DNA of 64,000 nt, from NCBI GenBank assembly GCA_964016885.1, contig OZ024752.1, positions 15,996,001 through 16,060,000 of the forward strand. The letters run 5' to 3'. The notes beneath the pieces were generated by a model that saw only the letters and a list, made by a program, of their open reading frames with translations, searched no databases and was not told the origin of the DNA. How positions within the stretch are numbered: the stretch's first letter is position 1; each line of letters opens with the position of its first letter. The stretch comes from Eledone cirrhosa (lineage: Eukaryota). A program made the position numbers and the translations under genes. Below are positions 1 through 13,200 of this stretch, in pieces.

Positions 1-200
1 GGAGATCTCTCTGCACTTGTCGTTACATGGTACCATGGGCCCAGCACTGTGTGTCAATAATTGTCACAAGTGTAGTGTTTGTACCAGAGTTTTCAAGTCA
101 CTGGCTGGACTAAAAAGTCAAACTCGTTCAGCGGATCGGTAGAGGTTCTCCTACATGGATACACGGTACTGCCCGTCCTCGAAAACGAGTTGGCAGCCAC
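1..200 (+). mobile_element. 3' end of RTE-type LINE-derived element (C-terminal C2H2-like finger), running into a TA/TATG tail
   Basis: Frame 2 reads [22 protein letters not shown]. It is the reverse complement of 60827-61029, where the same segment reads [22 protein letters not shown]. Confidence 0.7.
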
Positions 201-222
201 TATATACATATATATACATATG

Positions 223-294
<72 letters not shown>

Positions 295-302
295 TGTATG
301 TT

Positions 303-339
<37 letters not shown>

Positions 340-494
340 GTATGTTTATATATATATATGTATGTATGTATGTTTATATATATATATATGTATGATTGTA
401 TGTTTATATATATATATAGATATATATATGTATGTATGTTTATATATATATAAATATGTATGTATGTTTATATATATATATATGTATGTATATT

Positions 495-539
<45 letters not shown>

Positions 540-637
540 GTATGTATGTATACATATATATATATATATATATGTATGTATATATATATATATGTATATA
601 TACATATATATATATGTATATATATATGTATATATAC

Positions 638-707
<70 letters not shown>

Positions 708-746
708 GTATATATACATATATATATACATATATATATATATATG
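201..746. repeat. (TA)n/(TATG)n microsatellite
   Basis: Direct reading. Confidence 0.97.
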
Positions 747-986
747 TGCACAAGTGAAACGATCGATTTCATGTCACAATTGGAGCCTGTCGACATATAA
801 CACGCAAGATCCTACACTTTCTGATGCATACACACGCCAGCAAACACCTCCTACACACAGATTCCAGGGTTCGCGCTTGACTGTACACGTGTCTGTGTTC
901 GCGTGGCACTGAGTGCTGCGGTGCCGTCGTCGGTGTTGAATGCTTCCTAACATTTACTCTTCCTCCCCCCATCATTTCTCATGAAC

Positions 987-1096
<110 letters not shown>

Positions 1097-1901
1097 ATAT
1101 ATATATATATGTACAGAGGTATCCACAGTAAGTTGTGGGGTCTATTCTGCATGAAGAACTCGATGTAATCCATATGTTGAAATTTTGTAGGTTAAGATAA
1201 ATGCCGGTAAACAATAAAACATTAAAAGGAAAACAGAGTCATGATATAAGTTAAAACAATAAAATTAAAAATCAAGCCATTAGAGATATACTTCACTGCT
1301 TTACGATCGTTTCTAGGTGATGATAATACATTGTAGCTATACTCCGTTATTTATCTATGTATGGTTAGTTACAAAATATCAGATAAAGAGAATCTTTACT
1401 TACATGCATTTCACCAGCTGTTTTCAAAAGCAATAATAATTTTATTCAGAATTAGTAGTATGTTATTATCATGTCCTTATTTGGAGGTAGTTGAAGAACT
1501 AACCAATCAAATTGTTTTTTTTTCATATGGTGTTAAGATGAAAAGTAATACACTTTGGTTGAGGTCATGACCCTTTGAAAGGAATGGTTGAATGGCGTTA
1601 ATAGAATTGGCATACAAATCTATTAGGAGGAAAGGGATTGTCAAACTGATAGTTGAATGTATCTGGTATAGTGAAGTTTAAAAGGAATGTAAAAATATGT
1701 ATATATATATATATATGTTATATATATATACATATGTTATATGTATATATATATATATAACCAAAGACTAATATGGTTCATTGATTCCTAAATGAATATA
1801 GTTTTACAATAGATTAAAAGCACTCTACAAAGAAGTGTTCTGGAGTTAGTAATATTATTCAAAATATTAATAAATGAATACGTTCACCTAATCAAAATAT
1901 A

Positions 1902-1967
1902 TGTTTTATTATATATATTTCGGAGGTACTGTGCTGTTTTTTCAGTACGCACTCACCAGATAAAATA
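1902..1967 (-). ncRNA. Degenerate type I hammerhead ribozyme (family A; core CUGGUGA)
   Basis: Minus strand: tattttat-CTGGTGA-gtgcgtactg...cagtacctcc-GAAA-tatata-TA-ataaaaca. One core substitution. Confidence 0.55.
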
Positions 1968-2900
1968 TATGAATTGATGTATGACATACCTCAACTGTCT
2001 TCATAGTTCAATTCCAGTATTGGCAGTGATTTATTACGACAAATCTCAATATTTATATACACAAATAATAACATGATAAACATAAATTTAATGAAGAAGA
2101 GGATGTGGAGCGAGAAATAGGTATAAGGAGTGGGTGAGTATGAGAAAATGTAAGAAGAAATAAAGAGAGAGATATAGATAGAAGAGAAGAGAGAAGAACA
2201 GAGAGAAAAAATAAGATAAGATAGAAGAAGAAGAGGGAGAGAGAAGAGGGAAGACGTAACCGCAAAAGGGAAAGAATGAAAGAAAGAAAGAAAGAAAGAA
2301 AGAAAGAAAAGAGAAAGGGACATGATGCCTGACCGTTGTTTTCAAATATTAAGTCAAACAGAAGCGACCAATTAAATTCTGTGAAATTGTTAATATCTTT
2401 TGTATTTGGTTATGTTTGAGCTAATTATACTAATGTATTATATCAAAATTAAACAATATAAAAATATTTTCTATAATAATCAGAAGCATAGTTCAATTAA
2501 TAAATATATTCAATATTTTGTTACAAAATTCAAAAATCAAAAGCATTTTTACCTATCAAGCAAGTTTACAAACATAATACATATGTATAAGGATATTTAC
2601 CACAACATTTCGCAGATCACCATCAGTATATGCATTTTATATAATGTTTAGAATTATTATCAGAATTATTCATTTTACCTTATAAACAATTGTCATTTAC
2701 TTATAGGATTAATAAGTAGATATATTTACTCTTGAAAGTATTATTATTTCGATTTTAATTTCGTAACTATATCATAATATCCTAATATATGTCACCAACC
2801 CAAATATTTAAAGCTAAATCTCCCCTTGTTTTGCCTGTTAAACAGATGGTATGACTCCAGTTCGGTGCACCCATTTTTTTTTCCTCACAACCCTTTTTTT

Positions 2901-3425
2901 AATAATTGCTTCTACTTTCGGCTGAAGGCCAGCAATTATCCCAGTGTATTACTGGTGCTTTATTTTATCGACACCGTAAGGATGAAAGGCAAAGTTAACC
3001 TCGGCGGGATTTGAACTCAGACCATAAAGGGCCGTAACACTTTGCTGCAAAGCATGGCGTCCGACCCTCTACCGATACTGCCAATCCACCATACCTTTTT
3101 TAAATAATTGTTTCTACTATTGGCACGAGGCCAGCAAATACCCAGTGTATTACTGGTACTTTATTTTATCGACCACGTAAGGATGAAAGGCAAAGTTATC
3201 CCCTTTTTAAAATAATTGTTTCTACATTTGGCACAAGGCCAGCAATTACCCAGTGCATTACTGGTACTTTATTTTATCGACCCCGTAAGGATGAAAGGCA
3301 AATTAACCCCTTTTTAAAATAATTGTTTCAACATTTGGCACAAGGCCAGCAATTACCCAGTGCATTACTGGTACTTCATTTTATCGACCCCGTAAGGATG
3401 AAAGGCAAAGTCAACCTCGGCGGAT
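2901..3425 (-). mobile_element. tRNA-derived SINE (family 1) followed by three tandem ~105-120 bp partial copies
   Basis: B-box-like gagttcaaatcc on the minus strand. The body ctttgcctttcatccttacggggtcgataaaataaagtaccag is shared with many copies in the window. Confidence 0.85.
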
Positions 3426-3961
3426 GCAGGTTTGTAATGAATTTTATAGAAATATATTCCAAACATGTAGAGAGTGCGTAGGAGCAAACTTAAATTTCAT
3501 GTAAATGATTTCTAGTGGTCGAAATTATATAAGTTTCCTATAGTTATGCAATATATTTTCTTGTAGTCATGCAATATAGATCATGAACGAGAGGCAACAT
3601 ATTCAAAGTAGCTCAATATCTATATAAGGAGTTGAAAATCAATTTTAGAAATTGGCATGTATTTGGTTAGATGTAAGACAGCAGGTTAAAAATGAACCAA
3701 AATTCTCGATCTCCAAGGCAACAGCTGGTTTATTGTAAAAGAACGTTTCTACCGATAAAGAAAAATAAGTGATTCGATGTTCATGCAATCGATCTTAATA
3801 CAATAAACAGTTATTGGGTAATTGCGTGCACATAAAGATTATTTAGGTTTTAGTTTGATTAGATTTTAAAAAGATCGTTATTGTCTTCAATAAAATACGG
3901 TATTCTAAATTGTTCACTTATTGAATCTTGTTAAAAATTCGACAAACAGCGAATGACGTTC

Positions 3962-4125
3962 TTTCTTCTTCTTCTTCTTCTTCTTCTTCTTCTTCTTCTT
4001 CTTCTTCTTCTTCTTCTTCCTGGGGGGGGGCCGTGGTGACAGAGTCCTCAAGCATGTCTTCCAGAAGCAACTCACCCTGTATTGATCTGGCTGGATCCCT
4101 AATTGACACCAGCAGAGTCGACCCC
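3962..4125 (-). mobile_element. Probable LINE 3' end with (GAA)n tail
   Basis: About 19 (TTC) units abut a GC-richer segment. Minus frame ...FWKTCLRTLSPRPP is loosely RTE-like. Confidence 0.35.
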
Positions 4126-4204
4126 CACACACACACAGACATATATATATATATATATAACCGTTATGCAACAGCTATGACCTCATCTGTTGAAATGCTA
4201 CAGC

Positions 4205-4259
4205 TGTCTGATGAGTTAATTGCTGTTGCCTAACGGTTATCACCGAAATATATACAACA
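4205..4259 (+). ncRNA. Degenerate hammerhead (U16.1 replaced by C), preceded by an inverted partial copy of itself at 4157-4189
   Basis: tgt-CTGATGA-g..gctgtt/aacggt..c-GAAA-tatata-CA-aca. Confidence 0.4.
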
Positions 4260-4787
4260 TCGACTATAAATAGTGAGTCTTGTTTCTCTAGACATTCATC
4301 TGTTTATCGCAAGGCCAGTAAGATGAATATTAAAACTCTACTTTAGTATTGAGTACTCCGTTCCCTCAGCTGTCAACCACATATAATATATATATATGTA
4401 TATATATATAAATGTGTGTGTGTCTGCGTGTGCGTGTTTATGTGTGTGTTTGTGTGTGTATGTATACTCCGTTTTTGTATTTTATTTGCAAGATTACTTA
4501 ACTGAAACCGTGTGTTGCAGCATAATGTTATACTTTGGGAGGGTCATGCTGCCAATAAAAACACACGCACATTTTGCTTTCAATTCAATTTATCACAAAT
4601 TTCCAGTTGGTTGTTTTAATAACCAGATCGTTGTTTATTTAAAGCCAACGCTCTAATTTACTTTTCTGTCTCTTCTTTTTGCTGTCCTACACGATCTCGT
4701 TTTCCTGTGTATTTCAAATAGATTATTTATTTAGACTTTACTTCATGACGTAATTCCCTCTCGCCTGCTTTCATTTCGCATATATAG

Positions 4788-4869
4788 ACTTCCCTGATGA
4801 CGAAAGGCTTCTCCGTACGTTTCTTCGGAAACTATGTTTATTCCCTTTCAGAAACTAATTAGTTGGAGT
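4788..4869 (+). ncRNA. Type I hammerhead ribozyme with enlarged loop II
   Basis: acttcc-CTGATGA-c-gaaagg...cctttc-a-GAAA-ctaattag (palindrome)-TT-ggagt. Confidence 0.65.
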
Positions 4870-5635
4870 GAAATTTTAGTAAGTAAGTTAATTTTATAAT
4901 TTTCTTATTTTACGTCTCTCATATTATTGTTCTGCATCCCCATGCATTGAACCACAAAGTTACTAAGACAAAACCTATATATTTGCTAGCATAAGTATGT
5001 ATCTGTGTATATATATGTTACTAGATATACTAATTCTTTATATATATATATATATACAAATATAATTCAGCGAGAATCGTATTTCGGCTGGTAGAAAAAG
5101 CGAAACGAAACGCAAAATCGGAGAAATGCTGGCAAGCGCTCAATAGTTAAAAAACTAGAGTTAAACATACAATGTGTGTATGTATACGTACATACATATA
5201 TGTATACAGACGTACAGTAGTATGTATATATATACATACATGCACACATATATATATGCACATATGCGTTTACCGCACATTTATTATAATGCTTGTTTTG
5301 TTTGTTTGTAAACAAACAAACAGCCGAATTACGCCGTACAGTGTTTAGGCAACCACGTCACCTTTTTGTTTCAACACTGACACAGGAACGATGTACTAGT
5401 TTCAAGCTTATTAGCTATCGTCAGCATCGTATACCAAACAAATCGAGCATTATAATAAATGTTCGGTAAACCGATACGTGCATATATATATATATGTGTG
5501 CATGTATGTATATATATATACATACTACTGTACGTCTGTATACATATATGTATGTACGTATACATACATACATACTTACATTTAAGTAAGTGCCGTACTA
5601 AGAGTGAGAAATGAAATTTCGTTTCATTCTATTCC

Positions 5636-5675
<40 letters not shown>

Positions 5676-5764
5676 ACCAGTAAGACCCCGCCCACTCTAC
5701 TACCTCAAGTATTGAGTACTTTGGTGCGTTATGGTCCACCTGGTTCCTTACCACATTTCCTTCG

Positions 5765-5804
<40 letters not shown>

Positions 5805-6488
5805 AGGGTGAGAGAGAAAGAAGTAGAGAGGTTGGTAGGAAAGACTCCGACACCAAATATAATGTGATGAAACACTTTATATAATCCATTATTGCCCGAA
5901 GAGTTAAGTCAACAACACACATGGGAATGTATAAAATCCAATAAGAGCAACGAAGAGTGACGACTCAAAAATTATCAGTTAGTGGAAATATTTCTATCCT
6001 GGCCACCTGAATAAGCCGTATTTGTAGGAATGTTCTGTTTGCTTGCTGGCGTTTTTAAAAATATAAAATAACCCAAGCAGAAGATTTTCATTTTTATCTC
6101 CAAATATATTAACTAATACATCTCTAAGATAATCTCATATATATATATATAACTCTAATACTCTGCGATCACTTGCTTCCTTGTTTGTCTGTAATGTAAT
6201 ACAGCCAAAATAGCGCACAATGGGAAAATACTTTCAAAGGAAGTTGACTCTCAAATGTGAATACAAATGGAATAAAACAAATTTTGCGTAAATTGGAGAA
6301 CGGATTACTGAGAAATGGGGTTTTTCCGGGTACCTTCATAAACAGAGAGAAAGAAAGATAGAGAGCAAGAAATAGTGGTTATGGGAGAGTAGATTGAATG
6401 AGAGATATAGAGAGAGGGAGAGGAGAGTAAGAAGAATGGAAGAGAGACAGAGAGATGGTGGTGTTGTTGTATATATATATATATGTGA

Positions 6489-6529
<41 letters not shown>

Positions 6530-6824
6530 TGTGTGTATATATATGTGTGTGTCTATGACCACTGTATGTGTATATAGTTCACAGACACACACATATATAA
6601 CTACACACACACACATACATATATATTTACATGTATATACACACACACACACACATTTATATATATATACATACACTTACACATATATAGGCCTTCCAGT
6701 TTCATTTCACATTATATACATGTCTGTATATATTTTGATTATTTAAAAATTATTTTTAAGTGAACATGATTTTTTTTAAATATTTTGAAGTGGAACATGA
6801 TACAACGGGACATGGGGGGTCTAG

Positions 6825-6874
<50 letters not shown>

Positions 6875-6878
<4 letters not shown>

Positions 6879-7190
6879 AAGTCGGTCTGTGTGTGTGTGT
6901 CTGTCTGTCTATCTGTCTGTGTACAAATGCTAGGGTCCTTTTAACTTTTGAAGTACTAGGCCGATTTCAACCAAATTTGGCACACGTATTGCTTATATGC
7001 CAGAGCAGGTTTTGAACCAAATATTGGGGCCGAAAAATCGATTTTGTGTGTGTATCTGTCTGTGTACAAATACTAGGCTCCTTTTAACGTTTGAAGTACT
7101 AGGCCGATTTTCTTCAAGGAATGATATTTCTATGTCCAGACAAACAGGCTGTCATTCATTTCCCGAGGAACGCCGAGTACATCTGCTAGT
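6875..7190 (+). mobile_element. Non-autonomous Helitron-like element
   Basis: Has a gtct-type microsatellite and a ccgatttcaaccaaatttggcacac motif, and ends cccgaggaacgccgagtacatctgCTAGt (hairpin remnant plus CTAG). Confidence 0.6.
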
Positions 7191-7276
7191 CTGATGTATA
7201 TTCATCCTTATCGAGCCCTCTTTGGATTTTAGTGTTCAAATGTATTATTATTACTATATATATATATATATATATT

Positions 7277-7597
7277 TAGATTTTGAGTTTATGTTGGTTG
7301 TATACCAACACCTTAGTATGCAGCCTGGAGCACTCGACGAAGTGCGCAGGTTGGTTTGGTTACTCCGGAGTATTGTAAAATAAAGTTAAATAAAAGTCCA
7401 ATGATTAAAATTTAGCTTCGTTTATTACTGCTATATATATTTCAGTGACAGCCATCTTTGGCTGTGACCTCTTGAGGCAGTTTGAATTAGTATGGTATAG
7501 ACAAGTACATATGTTGTTTAGGTGTATGATATTGTCAATACTCTGATATGCCCAGTTCCTTGTTGGGTTGTTAATTCACTGGGGAACTGGAGTCATA
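7277..7597 (-). mobile_element. Hammerhead-bearing element (family C); ribozyme at 7427-7481 has a mutated core (CUCAAGA)
   Basis: Near-identical to the reverse complement of 48260-48578. Minus strand: actgc-CTCAAGA-ggtcacagcca aaga tggctgtcact-GAAA-tatata-TA-gcagt. Confidence 0.75.
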
Positions 7598-8141
7598 TGA
7601 ATTCAAACAAACGAATTTCAGTGTCACAGGTCCCCTTCTCCGCTCATTGATCAGTTATTAGAACATTCCTCATTCTAAGTGTTGTTATTGTTGGAGTTAG
7701 CTTAAAAATTGATAAAATGGTAGAAGGGACAAGGTGTTAAAGGAACAAAATAACAAAATAACAAAAAAAAAAAAAAAAAAAAAAAAGAGTGTCAACTATC
7801 CAGTCCACAAACTGGATACTTCTAAATTGTTAGCAGCAGCAAGATATAAGCTGACCACTACAACAACAACAGTACCAAAATAATGGTGGAGGTCAAATGT
7901 ACTGAACAATAGCAGGGAAAAAACACGACAGGGAGCCTCACCCCAGAAAGAATTCTATAGACTTCTGACTGAGGAATGCTCTCAGAACTGAACAATGGGA
8001 AGTTTGACACTTTTTTTGTTATTTTGTTATTTTACTCAGTCTCTGTTCCCATTTAATATTATTGATACTCTGCTCCCCAAGTACATCGAGTGCTCATCTT
8101 GGCATATCGTCTCTGAATGCAATTCAATCACCCCTCTACTA

Positions 8142-8185
<44 letters not shown>

Positions 8186-8810
8186 CGTGTGTGTGGAAGA
8201 AACAGAGGTTGTGTAATTGCTGGATAAAGTATATTTATAGGTAAAAGGAAACACGAATGGGGGATAATTTCCGTTTCATCAGTTGTCTGTTGGATATTAT
8301 GGATATTTGTACACATTAAAGACAAGATATCTAGCTCCAGAGCATCAATAACTAAAGAAAGTAATTGGGGGAAAAAGTAGAGGGAGAGAAAATATAACAG
8401 AAGAAAAATATATTTATATATGATGTGTGTGTATAGATTTATATAAATATATATACATATATACATATGTATATAGGTGTGTGCGTGTGAAGTGTATATT
8501 ATTGTATATATATAATTATATAAATATATAAATTATATAAATATATATATATATGTGTGTGTGTGTGTCTTTGTCTGTGTATATGTGTGTATGTGTATGT
8601 GTGTTTGTTTCTGTGTGTGTGTGCATCTTTGTGTGTGTGTTGGTGTGTGTGTGTATCTTTGTTTGTGTGTGTGTATGTGAAGTGAAATCTCAATGTAGAT
8701 GACTATTGTGACATTCATATTTCATCATGAGTTCCTTTCAGTTTCGAAATTTATCAATGGCTACACTTTCGATAGTATCTTTATCGGCAAATTGCAGACA
8801 GCCGAGGGAA

Positions 8811-9556
8811 CGTTAGAACGTCAGATAGAATAGTAGAGTCGCTAGAACGTCAGATAGAACGGCAGAGTCGTTAGAACGTCGGATAGAATGGTAGAGTCGT
8901 TAGAATGTCGGATAGAATGGTAGAGTTGTTAGAACGTCAGATAGAATGGCAGAATCGTTAGAATGTCAGATAGAATGGCAGAGTCGTTAGAACGTCAGAT
9001 AGAATAGTAGAGTCGTTAGAACGCCAGATAGAACGGCAGAGTCGTTAGAACGCCAGATAGAACGGCAGAGTCGTTAGAACGTCGGATAGAACGGCAGAGT
9101 CGTTAGAACGTCAGATAGAATGGTAGAGTTGTTAGAACGTCAGATAGAATGGTAGAGTCGTTAGAACGTCAGATAGAATGGTAGAGTCATTAGAACGGCA
9201 GATAGAACGGTAGAGTCGTCAGAACGTCGGATAGAATGGTAGAGTTGTTAGAACGTCAGATAGAATGGTAGAGTCGTTAGAACGTCAGATAGAATGGTAG
9301 AGTCGTTAGAACGTCAGATAGAATAGTAGAGTCGCTAGAACGTCAGATAGAATGGTAGAGTCGTTAGAACGTCAGATAGAACGGCAGAGTCGTTAGAACG
9401 TCGGATAGAACGGCAGAGTCGTTAGAACGTCGGATAGAATGGTAGAGGCGTTAGAACATCAGATAGAATGGTAGAGGCGTTAGAACGTCAGATAGAATGG
9501 TAGAGGCGTTAGAACGTCAGATAGAATGGTAGAGGCGTTAGAACGTCAGATAGAAT
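8811..9556 (+). repeat. 29-bp minisatellite (cgttagaacgtcagatagaatggtagagt), about 25 copies, forming the head of a SINE whose body continues to ~9662
   Basis: Direct periodicity, followed by ...ctgagtttaaatcccaccgaggtcaactttgcctttcatc. Confidence 0.92.
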
Positions 9557-10204
9557 CATTTGAGTATTCGTTTCGGCTCTCTGCTTTCTGAGTTTAAATC
9601 CCACCGAGGTCAACTTTGCCTTTCATCTATTCTAGGTTGATAACAGTACCAGTCTAGTACAGAGCTCAATTCTTCTTCTATATCTCTTCTCACTTCCATT
9701 CTCTCACTCTCCCTAACCTTCTTTGGGAGAGATCTGCTATATTCAGTCCTGGAGAAATGTGCTTTGTCAGGTTTTAAAATGCCGCATGTCAATACAGCAC
9801 CCCTATCTCCTTCAGAATTTACAGGTACTTGCATGCAATTCACATGTAGAACATATTCTATATATTCTATATTAATTTCACACTTAAAACAAATTGTATT
9901 ATGTCATAATACAGTGTGGCCCAAACTTCACTATTTTATATTTATTAAGATGTGATATGGTCTCAGGACTTTTTTAAATCATTTAGATTTTCGCAAATAT
10001 GATATTTGTGAAGGCGGTTATTCGCATGTGAGTAGGGCTTTATGGGCTATTGTAAATTAGCAGTAGCACTAGCACAGCGTGATTCTAAATAGAGGTGTTT
10101 ATCGAAGCAGACACAGTATGTTTATTATTAAAAAAATTACATATATACCCAGTTGTGGTTATTTTACGGTTACTGAGGTGGTTGGATATGTAACATCTTA
10201 TACG

Positions 10205-13200
10205 GTTGTAGGAGTGGTGTCGTGTAACTGTTGTAGGAGTGGTGTCGTGTAACTGTTGTAGGAGTGGTGTCATGTAACTGTTGTAGGAGTGGTGTCGTGT
10301 AACTGTTGTAGGAGTGGTGTCGTGTAACTGTTGTAGGAGTCGTGTCGTGTAACTGTTGTAGGAGTGGTGTCATGTAACTGTTGTAGGAGTGGTGTCATGT
10401 AACTGTTGTAGGAGTGGTGTCGTGTAACTGTTGTAGGAGTGGTGTCGTGTAACTGTTGTAGGAGTGGTGTCGTGTAACTGTTGTAGGAGTGGTGTCGTGT
10501 AACTGTTGTAGGAGTGGTGTCGTGTAACTGTTGTAGGAGTGGTGTCGTGTAACTGTTGTAGGAGTGGTGTCGTGTAACTGTTGTAGGAGTGGTGTCATGT
10601 AACTGTTGTAGGAGTGGTGTCGAGTAACTGTTGTTGGAGTGGTGTCATGTAACTGTTGTAGGAGTGGTGTCGTGTAACTGTTGTAGGAGTGGTGTCATGT
10701 AACTGTTGTAGGAGTGGTGTCGTGTAACTGTTGTTGGAGTGGTGTCGTGTAACTGTTGTAGGAGTGGTGTCGTGTAACTGTTGTAGGAGTGGTGTCATGT
10801 AACTGTTGTAGGAGTGGTGTCGTGTAACTGTTGTTGGAGTGGTGTCGTGTAACTGTTGTAGGAGTGGTGTCGTGTAACTGTTGTAGGAGTGGTGTCATGT
10901 AACTGTTGTAGGAGTGGTGTCGTGTAACTGTTGTTGGAGTGGTGTCGTGTAACTGTTGTAGGAGTGGTGTCATGTAACTGTTGTAGGAGTGGTGTCGTGT
11001 AACTGTTGTAGGAGTGGTGTCGTGTAACTGTTGTAGGAGTGGTGTCGTGTAACTGTTGTAGGAGTGGTGTCGTGTAACTGTTGTAGGAGTGGTGTCATGT
11101 AACTGTTGTAGGAGTGGTGTCGTGTAACTGTTGTTCGAGTGGTGTCATGTAACTGTTGTAGGAGTGGTGTCGTGTAACTGTTGTAGGAGTGGTGTCGTGT
11201 AACTGTTGTAGGAGTGGTGTCATGTAACTGTTGTAGGAGTGGTGTCGTGTAACTGTTGTAGGAGTGGTGTCGTGTAATTGTTGTAGGAGTGGTGTCGTGT
11301 AACTGTTGTAGGAGTGGTGTCGTGTAACTGTTGTAGGAGTGGTGTCGTGTAACTGTCGTAGGAGTGGTGTCGTGTATCTGTTGTAGGAGTGGTGTCATGT
11401 AACTGTTGTTGGAGTGGTGTCATGTAACTGTTGTAGGAGTGGTGTCATGTAACTGTTGTAGGAGTGGTGTCGTGTAACTGTTGTAGGAGTGGTGTCGTGT
11501 AACTGTTGTAGGAGTGGTGTTGTGTAACTGTTGTAGGAGTGGTGTCGTGTAACTGTTGTAGGAGTGGTGTCATGTAACTGATGTAGGAGTGGTGTCATGT
11601 AACTGTTGTAGGAGTGTTGTCGTGTAACTGTTGTAGGAGTAGTGTCATGTAACTGTTGTAGGAGTGGTGTCGGGTAACTGTTGTAGGAGTGGTGTCGTGT
11701 TACTGTTGTAGGAGTGGTGTCGTGTAACTGTTGTAGGAGTGGTGTCATGTAACTGTTGTAGGAGTGGTGTCGTGTAACTGTTGTAGGAGTGGTGTCATGT
11801 AACTGTTGTAGGAGTGGTGTCGTGTAACTGTTGTAGGAGTGGTGTCATGTAACTGTTGTAGGAGTGGTGTCATGTAACTGTTGTAGGAGTGGTGTCGTGT
11901 AACTGTTGTAGGAGTGGTGTCATGTAACTGTTGTAGGAGTTGTGTCATGTAACTGTTGTAGGAGTGGTGTCGTGTAACTGTTGTAGGAGTGGTGTCATGT
12001 AACTGTTGTAGGAGTGGTGTCATGTAACTGTTGTAGGAGTGGTGTCATGTAACTGTTGTAGTAGTGGTGTCATGTAACTGTTGTAGGAGTGGTGTCGTGT
12101 AACTGTTGTAGGAGTGGTGTCATGTAACTGTTGTAGGAGTGGTGTCGTGTAACTGTCGTAGGAGTGGTGTCATGTAACTGTTGTAGGAGTGGTGTCATGT
12201 AACTGTTGTAGGAGTGGTGTCGTGTAACTGTTGTAGGAGTGGTGTCATGTAACTGTTGTAGGAGTGGTGTCATGTAACTGTTGTAGGAGTGGTGTCGTGT
12301 AGCTGTTGTAGGAGTGGTGTCATGTAACTGTTGTAAGAGTGGTGTCATGTAACTGTTGTAGGAGTGGTGTCATGTAACTGTTGTAGGAGTGGTGTCATGT
12401 AACTGTTGTAGGAGTGGTGTCGGGTAACTGTTGTAGGAGTGGTGTCGTGTAACTGTTGTAGGAGTGGTGTCGTGTAACTGTTGTAGGAGTGGTGTCATGT
12501 AACTGTTGTAGGAGTGGTGTCGTGTAACTGTTGTAGGAGTGGTGTCATGTAACTGTTGTGGGAGTGGTGTCGCGTAACTGTTGTAGGAGTGGTGTCATGT
12601 AACTGTTGTAGGAGTGGTGTCGTGTAACTGTTGTAGGAGTGGTGTCGTGTAACTGTTGTAGGAGTGGTGTCATGTAACTGATGTAGGAGTGGTGTCATGT
12701 AACTGTTGTAGGAGTGTTGTCGTGTAACTGTTGTAGGAGTAGTGTCATGTAACTGTTGTAGGAGTGGTGTCGGGTAACTGTTGTAGGAGTGGTGTCGTGT
12801 TACTGTTGTAGGAGTGGTGTCGTGTAACTGTTGTAGGAGTGGTGTCATGTAACTGTTGTAGGAGTGGTGTCGTGTAACTGTTGTAGGAGTGGTGTCATGT
12901 AACTGTTGTAGGAGTGGTGTCGTGTAACTGTTGTAGGAGTGGTGTCATGTAACTGTTGTAGGAGTGGTGTCATGTAACTGTTGTAGGAGTGGTGTCGTGT
13001 AACTGTTGTAGGAGTGGTGTCATGTAACTGTTGTAGGAGTTGTGTCATGTAACTGTTGTAGGAGTGGTGTCGTGTAACTGTTGTAGGAGTGGTGTCATGT
13101 AACTGTTGTAGGAGTGGTGTCATGTAACTGTTGTAGGAGTGGTGTCATGTAACTGTTGTAGTAGTGGTGTCATGTAACTGTTGTAGGAGTGGTGTCGTGT

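Noticed and set aside
3914-4233. Poly-K, poly-E and poly-S ORFs
   Set aside because: All come from one (TTC)n tract.
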